DNA of 33,068 nucleotides, taken from Squatina squatina (taxonomy: Eukaryota). Within the stretch, counting starts at the first letter, position 1; each line of letters starts with the position of its first letter. This document shows positions 1 through 10,437 of the stretch, piece after piece. Location: positions 9,763,568 to 9,796,635 of the forward strand of contig JARFOE010000234.1 in NCBI GenBank assembly GCA_031763465.1, read 5' to 3'. The position numbers and the translations under genes are program-made. The notes under the pieces were generated by a model. It searched no databases and was not told the origin of the DNA. It saw only the letters and a program-made list of their open reading frames with translations.

Positions 1-72
1 CAAGTCCTAGAGTGGGACTTGAACATGAAGCTTTCCCGCTCAAAGGCAAGGGTGCTCCCATCACCCAGCCGA
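1..72 (-). mobile_element. 5' tRNA-like head fragment of a Deu-domain (SacSINE1-like) SINE
   Basis: gagtgggacttgaac (reverse complement gttcaagtcccactc, a pol III B-box) matches the copy at 26016-26166; truncated by the window start. Confidence 0.6.
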
Positions 73-167
73 CCCTACTAATTAAGCAAACCTATATGAA
101 GTGTTTATTTTACTGATACATTCTGTGTCACAGAATGACATGACAGAATGACATGAGGTAACAAGAT

Positions 168-455
168 GGTTAATTTTAACTCCACCCAGCCAGCAGGAAT
201 CACCTTGGATCAAGCACGGGAGGGCCACCCACCCCAGAGAAGCTGGTCCTGCTTTAAATGGAGAACTCACAGTCCGATGATATAATTCAGATGCACATGC
301 CATTTTAACTGCAGGCCGTTAAGGGCTGCATCGTCTCAGAACTACCAGTGAAAGCTGGCAGCAGACTGCCTCATGACCAGAAGAGGTCCAGATAAGTGTT
401 TTATGAATTATTTTTTAAATGATTCTTGTGGGCCAGGAGAAGGAGGTGTGCCACT
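168..455. mobile_element. Decayed non-autonomous DNA transposon/MITE-like fragment
   Basis: Starts ggttaattttaac, close to the reverse complement of the ends at 16769-16782 (gttaagtttacccc) and 28904-28917 (ggttaaaatgacc); recalled shark repeat motif ttgtgggccaggagaagg near 427-447. Confidence 0.4.
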
Positions 456-1204
456 TATAGCTTGAATATGTAGATTGAGCTGAAATGTACCCATTAGCAG
501 GAGCAATGGAAGAGAAAAGACTTGAGGGAGAAAAAGAGCAAAGGACTGCAATGGAGGGCCATAGACAGAGTTACAGAAGAGCTTAGTGGAAGGATGCTTG
601 CCCCGGGAGCTATCGAGCTTTCCACCAAAGCATTCCAAAGCTATATTCCTGCAAATGGAAATCTGGAGAAAAAAAATGGTCAGCCTAAAGATTTAAAATG
701 CTTAAACCTGCACATGTTTCCAATACTTTAAACCATTTGTCTCAGTCGAACACAGCAAGGAAGTAATAGTTCTTGGCAAGAAAACATTCATCTTGGTTGA
801 TAGGTTGTCAGTAGCAACATGGCAGATGTCAATAGAAATGAAGAATTGCAGGTGAAGATTACTTTCTTGTACATGCATCACAGGTTATATGGATGTACAC
901 ATCCAGCTAATGTTACACACACCAGTAAGCAGCTCCTGGAATGAAAGTGGGCTGTACACACAAAAGCTTCAGACCGCATCCGCCTGAATACAGGAGGTAA
1001 AGTTAAAGGAGAAAAATTGATGGTTTGTAAAGTCATACTCTGCAAGCATATGGTGTTGAAGACCACTATTTATACAGTTAGTAGTATCAGTGTCTTGGCT
1101 GATTAGTTTGAGTCGAGATGATGAATGAGTAAATCATTATTCTGCCTGTTTGCCTGTAATTGGCAATTAGTCAGCAACAAATCTGTTGATCTTTGTTAAC
1201 AGAT

Positions 1205-1593
1205 TCCATAACAACAGCACAGTCATAAATACACAGCAACAGTGTATAAAACAACAGGACACTCACACTTATACACCCACCGTGTATAAAGCAACAGCAC
1301 AATCACACATACACACACACACAAAGTGAATAAATCAACAGCACACTGACACATACACACTCACAGTGCATAAAACAACAGCACACTCACACATACACAA
1401 CCACAGTGTATGAAACAACAGCGCGCTCACACATACACACCCAGAGTGTATAAAACAACAGCGCACTCAGACATACACTCCCACAGTGTATACAAAAACT
1501 GCACACTCACACATGAACACGCAAAATGTATAACATAACAGCGCACTCACACATGCACACCCACAGTGTATAAAAGAACAGCACACTCACACA
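1205..1593. repeat. 40-bp minisatellite, about 10 degenerate copies, running into a gap
   Basis: Unit ccacagtgtataaaacaacagcacactcacacatacacac recurs at 1321, 1361, 1401, 1441, 1481, 1521, 1561 (period exactly 40), with looser copies from about 1205. Confidence 0.95.
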
Positions 1594-1744
1594 NNNNNNN
1601 NNNNNNNNNNNNNNNNNNNNNNNNNNNNNNNNNNNNNNNNNNNNNNNNNNNNNNNNNNNNNNNNNNNNNNNNNNNNNNNNNNNNNNNNNNNNNGCCAGGG
1701 GAAACATCCTCCCTGCATCTAATCTGGCGAGCCCTTTCAGAATT

Positions 1745-2058
1745 TCCACAAACAGCAATCAGATAAATGATCAAATAACCAGTTTTTGTGATGTTAGTTG
1801 AGGATCAACGTCAGTCAGTACACCAGGAGAACTCCTCTGTCCTTCAAATAGCACCAGGAGATCTTCCATATCCACTCAGAGGGCAGATGGGACTTTGGCC
1901 CAATGTCTCATGCAAAAGATCACATCTCCAACAGTATAACACTCCTTCAATAGTGCACTCAATTATCAACCAATATGCTCAAGTCTCCAGAGTTGGGCCC
2001 GAACTAACAACCTCCTAACCCAGACGTGAGGGCGCCACCACTGAGCCAAGGCTGGCAC
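1745..2058 (-). mobile_element. Deu-domain tRNA-derived SINE (SacSINE1/AmnSINE1 superfamily), diverged, near full length
   Basis: Reverse strand reads tRNA-like head (ggctcagtggtggcgc), then Deu-core-like gcactattgaaggagtgttatactgttggagatg...tgagacattg...catctgccctctgagtgga...ggagttctcctggtgt and 3' ttgctgtttgtgg; homologous to 12176-12324 and 26016-26166. Confidence 0.8.
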
Positions 2059-2156
2059 TTAACTCTGCATAATATGTTAAGCACAATTTAAATTCTGAAA
2101 CCAATATTTTTGATTATCTCCATTCAGCAGTGACATGCTTGGCATTACAGAATCAT

Positions 2157-2264
2157 GATGGGAGAAGATTTCCTCTATGCTCCATGTAACAAAACTGTAA
2201 GCTCATTTATTGCGAGCTGGTTAATGATTTTGTTGTACATAATACAAAGGAGAAATCTCCCATC
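2157..2264. mobile_element. About 108-bp foldback/MITE-like palindrome
   Basis: Termini gatgggaga...tctcccatc; inner arms atgtaacaaaa/ttttgttgtacat and agctc/gagct pair. Confidence 0.6.
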
Positions 2265-2417
2265 CTCCATTATCTAAAACGTTCATTTACTAATTTTGCT
2301 TCCCATTATGCATAGTAGAACTATTTATACAAATGATTGACAGTTGTCCTTTTCCTATAAGCAAAAGAAGCATTAAATCTCAGCCTTTAGCAAATTCTTT
2401 TCAGATATTTCTTTTAC

Positions 2418-2531
2418 CTTGGAGACATCTTTGAATGTCTCAAATTCTACAGCAACCACGCACAGCTGAATGCTCAGAGAAATATCACATTCTTTTTGTT
2501 CCTTCTGTCGCGGGGTCAACATTGATTCATA
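2418..2531 (-). CDS. Candidate isolated internal exon, 114 bp, phase 0-0 (YESMLTPRQKEQKECDISLSIQLCVVAVEFETFKDVSK), gene unknown
   Basis: Acceptor tattttatttgacacttcag| and donor CCAAG|gtaaaa on the minus strand; length a multiple of 3; the phase-0 frame is open throughout; no recognised homology. Confidence 0.4.
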
Positions 2532-3096
2532 CTGAAGTGTCAAATAAAATACAGTGAGATTCCCAATTTCCTGCACCAATTTTAATCTTAATGGTTTCTT
2601 CAAATGTCAAAGCTACAAAAGGGAATTTAAAAAGTCAGACACGTTGCTTATCATTGTCATTTTGTAGAGAATTCAAAGACGGCAATGCAATTTTTTTTTA
2701 GGCAGGTGACACATCTCCCTAATTACCTGCCTGCCATGGGGTGTCATATATTTCATTACTTAGCTGTCTTAATGTTGATTCACTCATTAGTGACCTGTCC
2801 TGTGCATCCTATTTCAATGACATGATTCCAGCCTGTCACTGTAATCGGTTTCGTTAACTGCAGCTAGGCGCTTGGGTTCAGCCCTTGATATTGTTTTCCC
2901 CCTCTACCCGCATGCATTTTAGGACCATTACCATTGTTGAAAGCTTACGAGTTTAGCCGGTCATTTTCTTTTGAGAACAGTTGACTATCTGAGCGTTTTT
3001 TTTCTGCTTCGATGAATGATGTGTCATTTTGTCGACTGACATTGCAGCATGTTTTGACTCTACAGCTCCCTGTGTGAATGGCAGCAACGGCTGTTG

Positions 3097-3163
3097 ATGA
3101 AAAATGGCAGCTGTCAGGTGACCCAGGAAGCAGGTGGAAGCGAGTCAGCTGCCATTTTTTCAT
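3097..3163. repeat. Inverted repeat with 17/18-bp arms enclosing E-box motifs
   Basis: atgaaaaatggcagctg (3097-3113) pairs with cagctgccattttttcat (3146-3163); two caggtg lie in the spacer. Confidence 0.75.
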
Positions 3164-4418
3164 TAAAACTGGCCTTAACANNNNNNNNNNNNNNNNNNNN
3201 NNNNNNNNNNNNNNNNNNNNNNNNNNNNNNNNNNNNNNNNNNNNNNNNNNNNNNNNNNNNNNNNNNNNNNNNNNNNNNNNACACAGAATATCAACTTCAA
3301 CCAGGACCACTTCTCTCACTGTGCTTGCTCTCCACTTGTATAGCTGGATAAATGCCCTGGTTTTGAATGGGATTGGAGGTTATTGGGATAATTAAGGGAC
3401 CCAAGGCCCACACAGCACAGGACACCGCCAAAAGTAAAAGGGAAGAAATAAATCAGGACGCAGTGATTAGACAGCACCAAGCTTGGGGTTTTAAGCATCT
3501 GAGGTTCACAAGAGGATGAGATGAACTGTTGTGATTGAAAGAGATGTCACAGTAGAAGTACTGACAGAAGTGGCACAAACATTAGCAATGAACCATGATC
3601 ATTCAAAGCACTCTGTGCTGGCACTATGCGATGATTAAAGATGTTGTGTCACAAATAAAATCTGTGATTCAAATATCCCCTCACCCCTTTGCCCCCTTAA
3701 AATTGTCGTTTGACTATCTAATTATTTTGTCATTCCAACCGTATATCTAATCTTGAATGGAGAGCGGGGAGGTGGGGTGGCAGGCAGCGGATGTCTGTCC
3801 CTTTCCAGGTTTGGACCGGGAGGTTGCTCATTAATTATTGGGACTGTCAAGCGTGCACAAATGAAAGTTCCTGAGAGTAGCAACTTCTTCAGACTTCAAG
3901 GGCACCTTCGAGAGAAGAAATCATGCTGGGTGGCATTACCGTCTGAATGCCTAATGTGACGATCAAATTCCTGTCTATTTTAACGAAGCATTCATCTGTT
4001 AAAAATAAATTAGTTAACGTCCCTGTTAAAACAGGAACTCGATACCTTTATGATAATGTTGCACAGCCCAGTTGCCAGGCTGTGCTCTCTGGCGCATATT
4101 AAGATAGATTTTGTCAGATCCAACACTCGGGGCAGTGGGACCTCTCACTGAGCCAGTGCACATCAGAAAACCTGGGGGCTCGCTGCCCACTGCTTTCTGT
4201 CCATCAACAGAATGTGCTGGCTGCTCTGGACAGTTTGGTTGCAATTTTAAGGCAGCTTTGCTCCTCCCGTCTCAACCAGAGCAGGTTGTTTGATGCTGCA
4301 GCACACTATCCGACACTTCTGCTGCATGGCTGTTAAGTCTCCCTTCCCTCACTCGAGTTCCAGTAGTCAGACAAATTTGAACTTTCCCGAGACCATAAAT
4401 GGAACCCTGAAGCACACC

Positions 4419-4560
4419 GGGGTAGAAATTCGATGGGCGGTATGGCAGCGGCCGCCTGCTATCTGCCCGACCCATTAAACGTCCCGCTCGATATTCAGAT
4501 CAATCAGAGGGACTGGATATCGGGCGGGGCTTAGAACCGGGGATAAATGCAACAATGCCC
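4419..4560 (+). mobile_element. CpG-rich terminal fragment of a Harbinger-type DNA transposon, with internal hairpin
   Basis: Begins ggggtagaaattc, like the ends at 7134, 30796 and 32676; abrupt CpG enrichment; 16-bp stem 4483-4498/4513-4528. Confidence 0.5.
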
Positions 4561-4892
4561 GTTTTTTTGTGCAAAAAATGTTATCCTGTCGTAAGCGCAC
4601 GCGTGCGCACACAGACGCACACACATACCAATCATTGGATTAAAATTATGTATGAAAAGTACTTGTCTTTGTCACTGAAAGTCTCACCACAATCCATGAC
4701 GACGACCAAATACTAATTGGGTGACAATGCACAGTGGATTTGTAATGTGCAGCACACAGGCACAAATGATTGGGTTCTCTTTACATCCTTTTGTGCAATG
4801 CAGGTCCTTTTGATTAAAGAATGAAGCATGGAAAAATACACAGGTAATTATGAAGCATTTCAAATGGTCCAGATTTGAATGTTCAGCTTTCA

Positions 4893-5157
4893 GGGAACGG
4901 TAGCATGGTGGTTATATTACTGGAAGAGTAACACAGTGGTACAGACTAATAATCCTGAGACTTGACTTCAAATCCCACCATGGCAGCTGCAGAATTTAAA
5001 TTCAGTTCATAAAATAAATCTGGAATAAATCAGTATTGGTGACCATGAAACTATTGCATTGTCGTAAAAACTCATCTGGTTCACGAATGTCCTTCAGGGA
5101 AAGAAATCTGCTATCCTCACCCGGTCTGGTCTTTATGTGACTCCAGACACACAGCAG
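4893..5157 (+). mobile_element. Elasmobranch tRNA-derived SINE, 5' part, truncated by gap
   Basis: A-box-like tagcatggtgg, B-box-like ttcaaatccc; body (ggtgaccatgaaactattg...ctggttcacgaatgtccttcaggga...gtgactccagacacacagca) is the reverse complement of about 15113-15390. Confidence 0.85.
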
Positions 5158-5855
5158 NNNNNNNNNNNNNNNNNNNNNNNNNNNNNNNNNNNNNNNNNNN
5201 NNNNNNNNNNNNNNNNNNNNNNNNNNNNNNNNNNNNNNNNNNNNNNNNNNNNNNNNNCAAAAGGATTGGAGTCTGTGTGAACTTTTCACATCTAAATTTC
5301 ACATTAAAAATAAATAGGAGCTGCAGCCTTATTATTTATGATCCTTGCACTCATAGGAATGTAATACTTTCTGGTTTTGAAATCTCATAATCTTACTGTT
5401 ATTATTTAAGTATCAGACCATGAGAGTTTTAGAATGCTTTGACCTCAGAACTGGTTCAGTACATTAAAAATTAAATTGTTTATTACCCCCTGAATTCACA
5501 GCCATCTTGATTGCTCAATGGATTTGCATAACATGCCCTGGGAGGTGATGTATAGCTTAGTTAAAGTCTACTTTTAACACTGCAGCGAAGAGGGTTTCAA
5601 TCTACACATGTGAAAAAATGGCATCAAGAGGGCAATAACAACAGCATTTCATGGAAAAGTATTTCATGCTGTGAGAATAAAGTGAAGCAAGCAACAACTG
5701 AAATAATGTATTCCGCTGTTTTATTAAAATTCCTTCTCTCGCTGCCTGAATGAGCATTTCTGGGCCCAAAGTAAATCAACATCATTTCTAGTTCAGTTGT
5801 TCTCAGAGAAGGAAAAATTATCATTCGCCAAACTTAAAAATCTTTCCTTCTATAG

Positions 5856-5912
5856 TGGCCTCATTTACAGGAGACAGCATCAATACACGGTTTACTGTTT
5901 TGGTTCTGCATG
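5856..5912 (+). CDS. Candidate 57-bp micro-exon, frame undetermined
   Basis: Strong acceptor tctttccttctatag| and donor ATG|gtgagt; 57 bp; all three frames open. Confidence 0.3.
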
Positions 5913-6282
5913 GTGAGTTTTTTTTGTTGCATTTCACAATTTTCATCAATACACGCCATGGGAACATGATAACATTCCCTTCTGTTGACTTATTTAAGCT
6001 GTATTTTAAAACTAATAAAAATCAAATATTTATGACCAGCTTGCTGCCGTAAAAAAAAGTTTTCTATTTAGCTTCTTAAATTAAACTTTTCACAAAAGAT
6101 TGCGCTGAGATTCTCTGAATAAAATGGCTGCCACCTTTCTGGTGCACAGCAGTTGCATTTGATTTAATTTATGGAAATAACTNNNNNNNNNNNNNNNNNN
6201 NNNNNNNNNNNNNNNNNNNNNNNNNNNNNNNNNNNNNNNNNNNNNNNNNNNNNNNNNNNNNNNNNNNNNNNNNNNNNNNNNN

Positions 6283-6775
6283 GTGGTGGATTGCTTCAAA
6301 ATGAAGGCATCATGACTTCTGCCAGTAAATTGGGCATGACTTTATACGGATGACCACACACCACCAGTAGAGCAATCGGATGAAACTCTTTCTGGTTCAT
6401 GAAGGCTATGGCATTTGATATAGGGACACAGATGGTCATACGAGTGCTATCAATATAAATCCCAACACTGTGGGGAATCCTGCCAGATGGAATTTGTGCA
6501 GTTTCTGTTTGCTGGCTTTTTATGGGGAAACTATGAAAGAATTTACACTGGCAAGCATTGTATCTCACAAGTACTTCGTACATCAACACTGCTAACTGGC
6601 TTTGCATTGATTCCAAATAGAGCCAATATATAAAAAAAAATGGAACCCTGCAGTTACCTTCATGGCTACCGACAGAGCCACCCAGTCTCAAGCATACGGC
6701 ATAACTCCATGACTGCCCTGAAGCTGTCTACGAAGACAGATTTCCTCAGACACTGCCAGGTCGCTGTGCCTGGGG
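6283..6775 (-). pseudogene. Decayed PIF/Harbinger (HARBI1-like, DDE_Tnp_4) transposase
   Basis: Minus-strand frames give SEEICLRR..AVMELCRML..ALSVAMKVTA..IPHSVGIYIDSTRMTICVPISNAIAFMNQKEFHPIALLVVCGH and, after a frameshift, AQFTGRSHDAFILKQS, matching the family motifs GAIDCTH, NRKGFHS, QxVCD and PGSxHDxFIL. Confidence 0.85.
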
Positions 6776-7133
6776 CTGGAGACAAAACTGTTTAATTAAC
6801 GGTGGGTGCGGGTAGTCTGCCTAGTTGCAGAAAAGCAGCGATATTTAAAACAAAAATGTGACTGCTGCTAAGTCTGAAAATGTAGTGAGGTAAAGTTTCA
6901 CCTCTGGTGGTCCCATTGCAGAGCTATTCATTTTTGTTTGGTATCTGCTTGTTGCCTGGGTGATACACTTTAGGCCAATCATGGTAAAGATGGTATAAAA
7001 AGGCAATTTGTTATTGAAAACTGAAGAAAGTTGACATTGAGTACAGGGAGGTGGAAATGATGAATTAGTTGATATATATAGGACAGGAAACACCAAACAA
7101 AGGAATGTGAGGAAAAGATTAAAAGACACAACC

Positions 7134-7255
7134 GGAGAAATTCAGCTCAGGTTTCGCTCCGTTAGCACCCCCGAGGGGCACCAACAGGTTGAAAGTGGAC
7201 AAAATGGCGCCAGGAGGCAAACATCTCGCGTCCAAGGTAATTCACCTGGGCCTTT
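7134..7255 (+). mobile_element. Possible Harbinger-type terminal fragment, cut by gap
   Basis: ggagaaattcagc start resembles gggtgaaattcagc at 30797; GC/CpG step-up. Confidence 0.35.
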
Positions 7256-8517
7256 NNNNNNNNNNNNNNNNNNNNNNNNNNNNNNNNNNNNNNNNNNNNN
7301 NNNNNNNNNNNNNNNNNNNNNNNNNNNNNNNNNNNNNNNNNNNNNNNNNNNNNNNATGCCAACATCCCAGGAACAAATAAAAAAAAGTTAATGTTTAGCC
7401 TGTCAGATACCATGATTTTCTACAAACTAACCAACAGAGGGAGCTAAAAATTCTTTTAGACTACAGACAATCTTCACGAGTCACATTTCATGACAACAGG
7501 AAAATGAGAATAAATCTTATATTAAATCAATCAACCAGAGACACTATGCTAAAATTTAGATACAACACAACATACTAATACAATTCTTCAAATACGATAG
7601 AGTCCGATCACTCCACTGTGTATTAAGGAATCATTTTATCAAAACTGCTAACTTGTCAGGGGCACCCTGCAGTTGCACTAAGAAAACCTTCAAACATTTT
7701 CCTCACGGCATGCTGTGAAGCTGCCAGTTGTAACTCTCTTGTTTGAAAATAAAATCTGTTCAAAGACATATCTCAAAATGAATGGCAATCAGTGATGTGA
7801 TTCTCACCCGAAGAACGATTAAAAATACATTAATACATTAAACACTAAGATTTAAATACATTAAATTTAATTTAATTTGAGATTGTCCTTACTATTTAAA
7901 ATATGTTGCTCCAAATGAGCCTGCTATGGTGCAAGTTTTTGGTGAAATGTAAATTTAGGATCTACTTTGAAAGACTGGAGAATTGGAAAACTGGGCACAT
8001 GTAATAAGATCTACCATACTTTTGCTGTGAAGTGCTAAATTACTATGATACATACAGTGACCCTTAACTGGCCAAATGTATTGATTTGTAGGTTTTAATT
8101 GTGCAGTTATTTAAGTTAGCGTGGAGCTTATTAATATTGTTAGCTAAATAACTAAGAGTATGGCTTACGGCCAAGGAGAAAACCTAATAGCCCTTTGATG
8201 CAAACCCTGTGATGCACCACCACCTCTAATATCACAAGACTTGCAATACTTTCCTTTTGAATAGTCAGTATACATATAAGCCCACTTTATAGCAGCTTTA
8301 CCCTCTCCCAGTTGCACATGTAATTGAAAGGCATATACTTTACTATTTCCGTTGGCTTTATGGACCCCAATCATGAGGCAATAGTGTACCATCAAATTTT
8401 TTTTTAAGTTTAAAAAATATGCAGTTGGTCATTGAATAACTGTTACTGTCAGTACAAATGTGAATAGCAAACATAGACTACTTCTGTAGATGGTGTAATT
8501 CTGACAATCAGCACCAT

Positions 8518-8593
8518 GAGGAAGATTTTCAACTTATTGTCTCGGCATAAAACTGGCATTCCAATCCAGCACACCTAGTTGAAAATGTACCCC
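8518..8593. mobile_element. About 75-bp MITE-like element
   Basis: Terminal inverted repeat gaggaagattttcaact...agttgaaaatgtaccc with a 10-bp perfect core (attttcaact/agttgaaaat). Confidence 0.45.
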
Positions 8594-10437
8594 TGTGACA
8601 CCAAATCAACTTTTGTTGATTGGTACAATGGAGAATACATATGCGGATTTAGATATGGACAATAAAGTTCAGCCCGAAGCAGGATAATTCACAGTGGATA
8701 TATGCTATTCTGTTGTAATATGGCAAAATAAATATATTATTCGAATTTTGTTCAAGAAACTAGTTAAAAACCAACAGGGTGCTAAAACACACAACAAATA
8801 ATAGGAATTGGGAACAAATCCAATCATAATGGAAGAGCCCAAGCTAGAAGAGTTCAGAAATATTTGTGTCAATGAGAAATGTAAAGAATGTCATATTTCT
8901 GGTGACACAAGATAAGTACACAACAAAAATGTGTTCCTTGGTAATATTGTGGTAACCTATGACTGAGCTGCCTTGCCTGAGGACAGTGCTTGCTGGATAT
9001 GATCTTCTGTACTACAAGTGCAGTCTATATGCCGGTTTGCTGTGTATGAATAGTAGAAAAGTGAAGCATACTAACTCGAACAAGTGCTGGTCAGATGGAA
9101 GTGCTGAATCTGCTTGGATTGTGTGGGGAAAAAAATTAAAGGGTGGGTTTGACTGACAGTTATGAACAAATTACTTTGACATATTGCTTATTCAGTCTGA
9201 ATTTGCCTGTATACTATAAAATGAGGTTTTCAGAAGTTGCGGAAAATGTTGAATATTTGAAACATAACAAAAAAAGGGTTTGTGTTCTTAGTTACAGCCA
9301 TCGGCTATATTTTCCCTTTTAAAGAAAATAGCCATGACTTGTTCAGAACTAATAAATTTCATTTGCTATTCAAATGTATTTTTCAGCTGCAATGTTTAAC
9401 CAGAACAAATGGCAGTTACAATATATGAAGCACCAACTTCCCAAACACAAGGGATCGGAATTTCTGAATCTACCATGGAGGCCATTATTATGGTGCAGAA
9501 ATTCCAGGAAATGATGGTGTGAATGACTTGTGCCATTACGTAATGCCATGCCATCATTTGCTGGGACTTTATGATGCTCCACAGAGACCCTCCCCGAAAA
9601 AGTTGAACAGCTAATTGTCATAGCACTGCCTTCATTAAAATCAACAGCGAGATTGAGTTTGCTGAATTGATGTCACTGTGACCACCACAGTCACTTAGAC
9701 CATTACACAATGGCGTTGGTGGGCTCAGTATGTTTGTTGCAAAAACAGGAATCGTAGTTTAAATTTGGAAAAACTTGTGTTGCCCTCATTAGGTGCTTAT
9801 TTTATTATTCAGTGGTGCCATTCTGACTGTGTCTACGATTACTGGTGCAAAGTAACAAAAATTACATATATCTGACGAGAGTGGGTTGACGGTTCTGAGT
9901 CTTAAACTACCACCCAAATGTGACTTTATATATGTAATTCGGATCGTTAATCCTATGCGTTGTGAATGTGGTCGTTAGTGATCACAATGTGCCCATTTAC
10001 ACCTTATTAAAATCCAAGTAGTAAATCAGAAATGGCACTGGGATTACAGACTGNNNNNNNNNNGAAGACGAAAAGCCTCTGGTTTCTGTGCTGTTCGTAC
10101 AGCCTCAATAGGAATGGTGGAGGATCACTGTTCCATCTAATGAACTAACCAGACAGATATAAAAACAGTCCTTAAGGCAAATTAGCGCTCTCTAATTTGA
10201 ATTTGTGCTTGTTTCTGCCCATCAGTTTTCTTACAAACATCTATTTTAAACATTTCCGAGCCCGAGTAGCATCTCATCGCAATGTGTTTTGACTTTGGCA
10301 TTGGCCGCACTGCTCCCTATCTCCTATTATGCTCCCTNNNNNNNNNNNNNNNNNNNNNNNNNNNNNNNNNNNNNNNNNNNNNNNNNNNNNNNNNNNNNNN
10401 NNNNNNNNNNNNNNNNNNNNNNNNNNNNNNNNNNNNN

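Noticed and set aside
1205-1593. CRISPR-like periodic array
   Set aside because: Contiguous tandem units with no unique spacers, no cas genes, vertebrate context.
3753-3959. 68-aa ORF / acceptor at 3808
   Set aside because: No convincing donor or protein similarity; more like noncoding sequence.
4595-4628. 14-bp palindrome gcgcacgcgtgcgc and alternating purine-pyrimidine tract
   Set aside because: Expected by-product of a decaying CA/CG microsatellite.
9388-9520. Possible first coding exon MAVTIYEAPTSQTQGIGISESTMEAIIMVQKFQEMM
   Set aside because: Acceptor is plausible but the donor is weak (gtgtga) and no homology is recognised.
9813-9851. 39-bp micro-exon (WCHSDCVYDYWCK)
   Set aside because: Weak donor (gtaaca); too short to distinguish from chance.
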